Shown one piece after another: positions 50,201 to 59,911 of a DNA stretch of 64,000 nucleotides. This DNA comes from Azolla caroliniana (lineage: Eukaryota; Plantae; Polypodiophyta): assembly GCA_043228905.1 (NCBI GenBank), contig JBHGNT010000022.1, positions 4,340,001 to 4,404,000 on the forward strand, in the 5' to 3' direction. The notes under the pieces were generated by a model, which did no database searches, was not told where the DNA came from, and worked only from the letters and a program-made list of their open reading frames with translations. Every line of letters starts with the position of its first letter. Position 1 is the first letter of the stretch. The position numbers and the translations under genes are program-made.

Positions 50201-50428
50201 ATTTCTTTATTTCCGATGATAAGAAGCATGATACCTTGTTCGTCCAACACTGTTTTAAGTTACATTGGCAGTGGTTATTAGCTCAACGTTTGGAGCTTAC
50301 TCAACATTGGGTCTGGTCTGACGGAGCTGCGTCACAATTCAAGGCTCGACGTCCATTTTATTTTGTGGGGAGGTATCCTGCTATAACAGGTTTGGAGATG
50401 AGATGGAATTTTTTTGGGTCTGGCCATG
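47217..50428 (+). pseudogene. Sola2-like transposase; exon 1 47217-47966, exon 2 49427-50428; C-terminus missing
   Basis: Phase-0 GT..AG intron joins the frames; TCCCIYH, LCP..C..G.C.DCG, DFAENY, EIQSMHW..QVT, ISDDKKHD, WSDGAASQFK, FFGSGHG; stop at 49451 and frameshift near 49720. Confidence 0.72.
48010..49410. repeat. Palindromic TAGCTAATTAGCTA satellite (about 20-bp unit) filling intron 1
   Basis: Dozens of ATAGCTAATTAGCTAC(CATG/TAGG) units. Confidence 0.95.
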
Positions 50429-50429
50429 G

Positions 50430-51770
50430 TTACTAGGATAGCTTATTAGCTACTTTACACAACTATGGCAGTAGCTACTAGGATAGCTAATTCGCTAGGA
50501 TAGCTAATTCGCTAGTAGGATAGCTAATTAGTTGCCAGCAGCTAATTAGCTAGTAGGATAGCTAATTAGTTGCCAGTAGCTAATTAGCTAGTAGGATAGC
50601 TAATTAGCTTTTTTACACAACTATGGTACTAGCTAATTAGCTAGTAGAATAGCTAATTAGCTACTAGGATAGCTAATTAGCTGCTAGTAGCTAATTAGCT
50701 ACTAGGATAGCTTATTAGCTACTTTACACAACTATGGCAGTAGCTAATTAGTTACTAGGATAGCTAATTAGTTGCCAGTGGCTAATTAGCTAGTAGGATA
50801 CCTAATTAGCTTTTTTACACAACTATAGTACTAGCTAATTAGCTAGTACCATAGCTAATTACCTACTAGGATAGCTAATTAGCTAGTAGGATAGCTTATT
50901 AGCTACTTTACACAACTATAGTAGTAGCTAGGATAGCTAATTAGCTACTATGGTAGCTAATTAGCTACTTTACTCAACTATGGTAGTAGCTAGGATAGCT
51001 AATTAGCTACTTTACTCAACTATGGTAGTAGCTAGGATAGCTAATTAGCTACTTTACTAACTATGGTAGTAGCTAGGATAGCTAATTAGCTACTTTACTA
51101 ACTATGGTGGTAGCTAGGATAGCTAATTAGCTACAATGAAAGCTAATTAGCTACTTTCTCAACTATGTAGTACCTAGGATAGCTTATTAGCTACTAGGAC
51201 AGCTAATTAGCTGCCAGTAGCTAATTAGCTACTAGGATAGCTAATTAGCTGCCAGTAGCTAATTAGCTACTAGGATAGCTTATTAGCTACTTTACACAAC
51301 TATGTCAGTAGCTAATTAGCTACTATGATAGCTAATTAGCTAGTAGGATAGCTAATTAGTTGCCAGTAGCTAATTAGCTACTAGGATAGCTAATTCGCTA
51401 GTAGGATAGCTAATTAGTTGCCAGTAGCTAATTAGCTAGTAGGATAGCTAATTAGCTTTTTTACACAACTATGGTACTAGCTAATTAGCTAGTACCATAG
51501 CTAATTAGCTACTAGGATAGCTTATTAGCTACTTTACACAACTATGGTAGTAGCTAATTAGTTACTAGGATAGCTAATTAGTTGCCAGTGGCTAATTAGC
51601 TAGTAGGATAGCTATTTAGCTTTTTTACACAACTATGGTACTAGCTAATTAGCTAGTACCATAGCTAATTAGCTACTAGGATAGCTAATTCGCTAGTAGC
51701 TCATTAGCTGCCAGTAGCTAATTAGCTAGTAGGATAGCTAATTAGAAAAGACTAAGCTTATTAGCTACAA
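50430..51770. repeat. Second TAGCTAATTAGCTA array with TTTACACAACTATGG subunits
   Basis: Same palindromic core with higher-order variants. Confidence 0.95.
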
Positions 51771-51780
51771 TATGGTATAC

Positions 51781-53102
51781 CTATTAGTTTTCTCCACTCA
51801 TTTGGTAGAGTTGTACTGCAATCTCCCAAACAGAATGCAGCAATTCGACAGGCATGTTGAAAACAAAGCAGATGGTATGTGTGGTTGCATGGTTGTAGGT
51901 GAACTAACAAAGACGCAGTTTTGTCCTCCGCACCTAACCCGCAAGCGATGCAACGTGCTTGAACTATCAATAAATCATTTTCTGGTTCTACTTCATTTGG
52001 TAAGGGAGCAAGAATGTTCAGGTCCAAATCCTGTCTGGTCCTTACCATTCCCTCCACAAAATGTAGCTTCTTCTTAAGGCAGCTAACTACCTGTTCTTGA
52101 TGAATGTATTGTTCCTTCAACGCAATAGAGAAATTTACCGATTAATTATTCTTGTTGTTGAAAGATACACCAACTTTGCTCAGGAATCGTTAACTTACTT
52201 GAAGCTTATCCAAATTGTAATCTGCAACAGTATTTACACCTAGAAGGTCCAGGTTCATTGAAAGAACCTGGATCTCTATTTGCAGTTCTATTTTACGCTG
52301 GGGATCCAGTGGCCCCTCTAATTCAAGCTCCTGTTGCGCAACCTATTCCAGATAATGCTTGATTAGCACATTTTACCCGTTATTTATAACACAATCACAT
52401 ACCAGCAAAACAATAGTTACCTGAATCTTATTTCTAATTGTTGTAACAGCAGAAGTAACTTTGCTCTCCATTGCAGGAGCCATTGTGGCTTTCTCTAAAT
52501 CAGTCTTAAAAAATGCCAATGTCTCACAGGCTTCATGGACATTTTTTAGCATATAGCTAACCAATGTCTCACCTGTATCATCGACATTGGCTTTCCTTGG
52601 GTGTCGGTGTGGTGTATGCCCCCGGTCTTGCTGGGAGTCGGCAGTTGCATCAACAGCTGCCATGCTCCAAAATCTGTCTATTTTTTGTGCCAAGGTCCCC
52701 ATCTTTCGGCATCTTTTTACCGATGCCTCACCATAGACTGCCCAAGCTACCCTATACATTTCAGGGTCTCTAGATTCCTTCGCTGTTTTGCAGTACTCAT
52801 ATGCAAATGCTCTAGCAAATGAAACTGACAACTCATTGTTGACTGGGATCTCCTGATGGACTTTCTGGTGCAGTCTCATGCAGTCATCGTACAAGTCGGC
52901 TCGTACATGCTTCAGCTTGACCTTGCCTTTGACTCTAGGCACTGTATATACTGTCATCCAGTCTATATCACTGATCAATTTATCACTTAGGACAGCAGGG
53001 TCAACACCCTCGAGTGACAGACCATAGGTGTTGTGGAAGTCCTCCTTTGTCTCGCAAAATTTTGCGAAGTTTAGCACTCTCGTATACGGAGGAACGAGCC
53101 AT
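51781..53102 (-). pseudogene. Multi-exon gene remnant with coiled coil and RING-like finger (exons about 53102-52421, 52342-52199, 52120-51781)
   Basis: GT/AG-like junctions; CIAC..PCNHTYHLLC..C...C motif; frameshift in the middle exon and a degraded acceptor before the last exon. Confidence 0.6.
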
Positions 53103-53139
53103 CTGAAATATCATTTCAGAAATCAGAAATAGTGCAAAA

Positions 53140-53458
53140 TCAGAATATGTGAGAATCAAAAACCCCAATCAACAACAACAAAAATGGTGCAAAATCTTTA
53201 ACTTAGCAAATCAGAAACCCTAATCATAATTTGTATTCAGAAATTTGAAATCAGAAACCCTAATCAAAATCTGTAATCAGAAGTTTGAAATCAGAAACCC
53301 TAATCAAAATCTGTAATCAGAAGTTTGTAACCAGAAACCTTATTCAGAAATTCTAATCAGAAATTTATAATCAAAAACCCTAATCAGAAATTTCAATCAG
53401 AAACCCTAATAAAAAATTTCAATCACAAACCCTAATCAAAAATCCTAAGCAGAAATTT
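53140..53458. repeat. AAACCCTAATCAG-based repeat (telobox-like)
   Basis: Repeated AGAAACCCTAATCA with 20-40 bp spacing. Confidence 0.8.
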
Positions 53459-53872
53459 ATAAACAAGCATAGTATGGACGGACGGACTGGAAACGGTATG
53501 CCATTCCAGATTCGGACGGATCCCAAATAGGTGCGATAGGCACCGTTTTGTACTACGGGCCGGAAACCTATTTAAAGGCCCGGACCCCATTGTAATCGCA
53601 GCGGATAATTAATAGAGCGTATGGTGTTTATACTTCTGTGTTGATTTCCGTTCTGTACTTACTGTTATATCTTACGCGTGTAATTAACAAAAGCGCTCTA
53701 ATCGTGTAACCTACGTAAGTCGGTGTAATCGTTGAGTCATAATCCTATGCCGTAATCACCCTTTGGTGAAGTGTCTCCGCGACACCTTGTGTTAGGCCTT
53801 GTCTGGTCAGAGAATAACACAGTTTTGGCGACCACGATTCCTGCTTTCTCGCAGCGAACGACGGCTTAATGG

Positions 53873-56800
53873 ATGACGAGACCAACGCACGACCTGGTTA
53901 CAGACCGAGCTCGACGCCTCGCCGAACGGCAAAGACGGCGTGAGACTTTCCAGCAAGCAGCGCACGAAATTCGCTCGGATTGTTCGTTCTCCAACGAGAT
54001 CCGGAGAGTCGCGGAGGAACCTCTTCGGTTACAGCAAACTCGCGACCAAGACGACGGAAGCGGTCTAAGTAGTCTCCGGGAAACCGAACGCCTCCTCGAG
54101 GCGCTGGCAAGCGGAGAAAATGAGGCAGAAGCCTTTTCAGCCTACGAATCGGATTCCGAAGGGGGATACAGCGTGCACACGAACTACCGGAGCAGCAACG
54201 ATACCCCCGGCGGCCCGGAGGACAACGGGTCGGATACCGTGCCGACTCCAAAACCGGAACCGTTCGACCAGGGCTATCCGGAACCGCAAACGGAAGCCGT
54301 CAACCCACCAACACCGGAAGTGGAAGAAGCAAAGCCACCGACACCAACGAAAGAACCGGAAAAAGAACCGGAAGAGGAACCGGAAAAAACACCGGTAAAA
54401 GAACCGGAAGTGGAACCGGAGAGAAAACCAGAAAGATATCAACAAACGCCACTAAACCGCGGCCTAATACTGGACGACGACATGTCGTTCCAATACTCAA
54501 AGTATCGCGATGATCCGGACGCGGAAGCGCATGTTCATGCCTTCGAGTAGACATGGGAAGCAAATCACGCGTCCCAGCGATTGACACCGGAGGAAGAAGA
54601 ACGCTCGAAGATAGCGGAATTCGGGGTCACGTTGGAAGGACCAGCGGCACGATGGCGGCGGACGCAAGACCCGGCGACCATCACAACCTTTGCAGAATTA
54701 AAAGCAAAATTCTTGCATTTTTTCCACAAGGAGGTCGACCAGACGACAATGGTGGGCCTGTTTTATACGATCCGATAGGAGGCAGGGGAAAGCATTCCCC
54801 AATTCGTAGTCCGTTTCCAACGAATGCATAGCCAACTTGCCCGTGCACCCCCGGAGGAGGAATTACGGACGATATTTTTAAACGCACTCCGGGAACCGTT
54901 ACGCACGGTGTGTACGGTGATCGACTTTCGAGGAAGCACCATTGACCAGGTCATTGACCGGGTCAGAGAAATGGAAAAGTCAAGCTCATGGCTTACACTG
55001 GGAGCACTACAACGGGCGTTACCCACCGATGAAGATCTCCGGTTCCGGCAGGCAATTCAATGCACAATCTGCTTGAATGCCGGACACTCGGCAATGGAGT
55101 GCACCATGCGAACCCAGTGTGTGATTTGTCAATCCAAGAGTCATACAACGGACCGGTGCAGGTATAACCTGTTAAACCGACAAGCACCACCCGTCCGACG
55201 GATCGAGCCAAGAAGCAACCGAGACGAAGATGAAGATCGTTGGCAAAGAATGAACCGGTACCGACCGGCACAGGATGTCCGGTACGGAGACAGACAAGAG
55301 AATGATGGCCGGTACGGGGATCGGCATGATAACTACGACCGGTATGAGCGATCGGACCGTTATCGGGAGTCCAACAGACGACACGAGCAATACGACAGAG
55401 ACCATTCCCCTGGTTACCGAAGGCACCAGGAGGACTACGACCGATGTTACGATCCACCACGACAGGACTACCGAAATAAAAATAAGAATAATAAGAAACG
55501 TAATTTCAAGAAAGGTGGTCACACTAGGGACCCGGAACATGGAACCCCAAGGAGCCAACCGGCACAGAACGCACCACTCACTACGGGACCGACTCCGGCT
55601 ACCAGCAATGCTGAATCCAGCAATACCCGTAAAGAGTACTGCTACTACTGCAGGCAGGAAGGCCACTACAGTAACCAGTGCCCGGCAAAGAGCTACGATA
55701 AACGACCAGCAGTTAATATGGTGGTTCCGGAAGTGGCGGATGTACAGCAAGTAACCACACGGTCGAAAGGCATGGCCAAAGAGTGGGAAACACAAGAGGC
55801 CATACGAAAACAGGCGACGGAATGGGTGAAGGAAGCCAATGAAAGGAACGTCGCGGACGCGGAACGGCAAAAAGCGAATACCATAGGGAGTGCCGGCGGT
55901 AGCCACGCAGAAAACGAGACATGGCAAGCACTGCAAGAATGTCAGATCACGTTGCCATTAGGAAGACTCTTGCAGCTTGTGCCGCGATTTACGGAAGGAC
56001 TAAAAACGGTCATGACAGACGGTGTAGCCCCACCGGCACTAGTCCTCTTCTCGAATCCGGAGGAGGGACCGACGGTGGTGGACACTAGTAGTCCGGTGAT
56101 TACAGCTATTGTCAAAGGGCACGAACTTCCCGGCACAGTAATCAATGGAGGTTCCGGGGTGAACGTAATAAGCCTCCGCACGTGTGATGCCTTGGGTATA
56201 CATGAATGGGAGCCATGTCCGTTCTGGCTACGGATGGCGGATACGAGCTCTGCATGGCCGACGGGCTTAATACGGAAATTGGAGGTCACCATAGGAGGTC
56301 ACACATTTCACATCTCGGCTGTAGTGCTGCAGCTACAGGCGCAAGGCGCGTACCCACTGTTGCTGGGCAGACCATGGTTGAAAACAGCACACATCAAGCA
56401 AAATTGGCGGAAAAATATGATTACCTTCCGGCGCGGAAAAGCCAAGGTCCGGGTACCGACACAACCACGGACGAGCAACGGTAAGGAATGCACACCGTTG
56501 TATGCGGAATGCGTGAACATGCTTGAAGGGTTGGCAAACGACGAAGAAGCCCAGTACTTGGAGGAACACCCGAAGATCGTACCACTTTTCGAGATTGACG
56601 TGGCTGAAGCCGTAGCGCCATACTTGCCGCAGCGGGACGAAACCGAAGCCGAACCAGACAAAGATTCGATTCGGGAATTACGGCAAGCACAGGAAGCGTT
56701 GGAACGGGAAATGGCCGTTTCCCAACGGGTAAAAACATCCCAGCTCGACGAAGTGAACCTAGGAAGCAAGGACGAATCAAAGCCGGTACACATCGCCAAA

Positions 56801-59440
56801 GAAATGAAGCCGGAAGATAAAGCGGCGATGATCAAACTTCTCACGGAGTTTCGCGACGTATTCGCCTGGTCATACGAAGACATGCGATTGCTGGACCCTC
56901 AATTATATCAGCATCAGATCCACTTAGGCAAGGACGCGAAACCAGTGGCGCAAAGACGTTACCGAATGAACCCCAACTACGCCGCCAAAGTGAAGGAGGA
57001 AATCGACAAACTCCTAAGAGTGGGCTTCATCCGGCCGGTAAAGAAAGCGACGTGGCTGAGCCCCATCGTCGTCGTCCCAAAGAAGAACGGTAAAATCCGC
57101 GTGTGTGTAGATTACAGGAAACTAAATGCAGCCACAATTACGGATGCATTCCCTCTTCCGTTCACGGATGGAGTACTGGATGCCGTCGCCGGCCATGAAG
57201 TTTATAGCTTTTTAGACGGGTTCAGCGGATACAATCAAATCCGAATGCACCCCGACGACCAGGAGAAGACAGCGTTCGTCACCGAATGGGGGGTGTTTGT
57301 GGCCGTAGTAATGATGTTCGGACTAAAAACGGCACCAACAACTTTCTAGCGAATCATCATGGAGATCTTCGGTGAATACATTCCAGCCTTCATGCAGGTT
57401 TTCCTGGATGACTTTGCAGTCTATAGCCGGGAAAAAGACCATTTGCAGCACCTACGGTTATGCCTTGAAAAGTGTAGGTTATACCGGCTAAGCTTAAACC
57501 CAGCAAAATGCATCTTTGGGGTTTCAAGTGGAATCTTACTGGGACACATTGTAAGTAAGGAGGGCATTGCGGTCGACCCGGACAAAGTAAACGCGATACT
57601 AGGGGCACCGGCGCCGAAAACGGCCAAAGCACTAAGCCGATTCTTAGGACAGATCCGGTGGCACAGCCGGATGCTCCGTCACTTGGCTGACTTGGCTACA
57701 CCATTACACACCGCGGTACATCGGACACCGTTCCAATGGACGGATACGGAGGATAAGGCATACAATGCCCTGAAGGTACTTTTGTCGCAAGCACCTGTAG
57801 TGCAGCCTCCGGATTGGAGCAAGGAATTTCATGTGTTCGTTGACGCTTCCGACATCGCTATCGGCAGCACCTTAATGCAACTTACGGAGCCAAAATGGTA
57901 CCGGCCGGTATATTACGCCAGCCGGAAGCTGTCCCAAGCGGAGAAGAACTATTCGACTACGGAACGGGAGGCCCTGGGCATGATCTACAGTGTCACAAAG
58001 TTTCGTCATTACCTATTGGGAAGGAAGTTCTCCTTTCATGTGGATCACTCGGCGCTCCTGTACTTAGTGTCCAAGGCGTCCCTGACCGGTAAGTTGGCCC
58101 GTTGGACCTTGCTGTTGCAGGAGTTCGAATTCGAGATCTACCACCGGCCCGGTATCCAGCATGCCGTAACAGACTACCTGAGCCGGTTAGAGTCCGGATA
58201 ATCAGGCGACGGAGTATTGGATGAATTCCCGGATGCAGAGTTATTCCGTATCACCCCGGAAACGGCAGCGGAGGCAGAACTCAAAAAGACTGCTGAGAAT
58301 CTACGTCGGGCCGAGGAGAGCTTACGAAAAGGCCACCAAGCGTACGACCGGCTCAAGGAGGAAAAGGAGAAAATGCTGCAAGAGAAGGACAGGCTCCGGA
58401 GAAACGCCGAAACAGAAGTAGAGCGCCTGAAAGAGGAACTCCGGCAGCTAAAGGACCGGGAGGACCGGAACCATTGCCAGATCAACGGCAAGCTCAAACA
58501 AAAAACGGAGGAATTTGAGCACTTGCACCGAGAGTATAAACGGTTGCAAACGGAGCACAAGGAACGGACGGATGAGCTCCGGCAAGCAGTTGATCGGACC
58601 GCAATGGCATACGCTAATGAACAAGCGGAAAGCAGAAGACGGTTGGAAGAGGCGGAGAAGGTTCGGACAGAGCTCCTCAGGCAACAGCAGGCGGAAAGAG
58701 AAAGAGCGGCGGAGGTACTGCAGAGGCTGCAGACAACATATCAAGGGCAGCTGACGCGCTACAGAGAGCAGGCGGAGGATACGGCTAATCTCATCAAGCA
58801 GTTGAAGGAGGAACGACAAGTTGTGGAAAGTAGAGCGCAAATGGGAGCAAGTCGCATCCAGGATATCATGCGGGCCTGGTTGAACCAGACTAAGAGCTTG
58901 ATCGATAACGGTTCCGTCAAATGGTGGACCAAGTGGGCCCCGAACGCGGCGGAACTCCAATTGCTCCGGGCCGACGTAGAGAACCGGCGGAAGGAGGGAG
59001 ATGATTGCTATATGCTGACTTCCGAAGACTTCACCGGCATAAGAGATGAGCTGGCCGAAGACTTTCAAGCCTTGGCAGAGGACCAACTAGGGCAAGTCCG
59101 GCAACTTGTAGCTCAGCTGGACGACGACAGGCTGGAGGCGCAGATCCAGTTTGAAAGCTACGAGAGGTCCCGGATCCGGGAAGAGAAAGCACGAGAACCG
59201 GTTACGGTCAACCTCAGTGATGAGGAACCGTTAATGGAAGGAGACCCGACCGGAAGCAGTCAAACGGAGATGCCGGAGTCAGAGAAACAAACGGAGCAGC
59301 CGCCTATAGAGCAGCCGGAGCAGTCTCAGTCCCAACCGCAACCACAGTAGCAGCAGCAAGCACAGCCGCAACAACCACAACCGGAAGAACAATTGGAAAC
59401 TCTGGAACAAAGTATTTTGGACAATTTGGGTGAACAATGA
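53873..59440 (+). pseudogene. G3 gag-PR-RT-RH fused in frame to the ORF2 coiled-coil C-terminus
   Basis: ORFs 53873, 54581, 54824, 57359 and 58217 share one frame, broken by five stops; junction near 58265. Confidence 0.88.
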
Positions 59441-59452
59441 AGGGGCCGAGAA

Positions 59453-59490
59453 GGGTTCGACGTACAAGGTACAGTCCCACGGGCGTGCCA
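59453..59490 (+). other. tRNA-3'-half-like motif at the PPT position of G3
   Basis: GGGTTCG-acgtacaaggtac-AGTCCCACGGGCGTGCCA ends in CCA 2 nt before the LTR TGTTACC. Confidence 0.78.
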
Positions 59491-59911
59491 TGTGTTACCG
59501 GCCGGCAAGGAGTCCAAAATACGGAGTGAAGGAATTAAGTAAGTATGGTTGTAAATAAGCATAGTATGGACGGACGGACTGGAAACGGTATGCCGTTCCA
59601 GATCCGGATGGATCCCGAATAGGTGCGATAGGCACCGTTTTGTACTACGGGCCGGAAACCTATTTAAAGGCCCGGACCCCATTGTAATCGCAGCGGATAA
59701 TTAATAGAGCGTATGGTGTTTATACTTCTGTGTTGATTTCCGTTCTGTACTTACTGTTATATCTTACGCGTGTAATTAACAAAAGCGCTCTAATCGTGTA
59801 ACCTACGTAAGTCGGTGTAATCGTTGAGTCATAATCCTATGCCGTAATCGCCCTTTGGTGAAGTGTCTCCGCGACACCTTGTGTTAGGCCTTGTCCGGTC
59901 AGAGAATAACA

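Larger units (their letters stand above)
45874..53458 (+). mobile_element. Decayed Sola2-like DNA transposon region, termini not resolved
   Basis: Transposase gene, shared AGCTAATT repeats and a convergent second gene, sandwiched between truncated A4 and truncated G3 LTR. Confidence 0.6.
53459..59911 (+). mobile_element. Gypsy element G3, GC-rich relative of G1, integrase deleted; 5' LTR 53459-53819 (left-truncated), 3' LTR 59493-59911
   Basis: LTR pair with about 7 transitions, PBS TGGCGACCACG 53826-53836, strong protein similarity to G1; right flank is inside the B4 LTR. Confidence 0.92.

Noticed and set aside
53140-53458. True telomere or interstitial telomeric array
   Set aside because: AAACCCTA units are separated by other sequence rather than forming contiguous 7-mer repeats.
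55172-59086. Long antisense ORFs in G3 (55172..55936, 56308..56883, 58448..59086)
   Set aside because: They are shadows of a GC-rich sense ORF, have no recognisable motifs and have no counterparts in G1.
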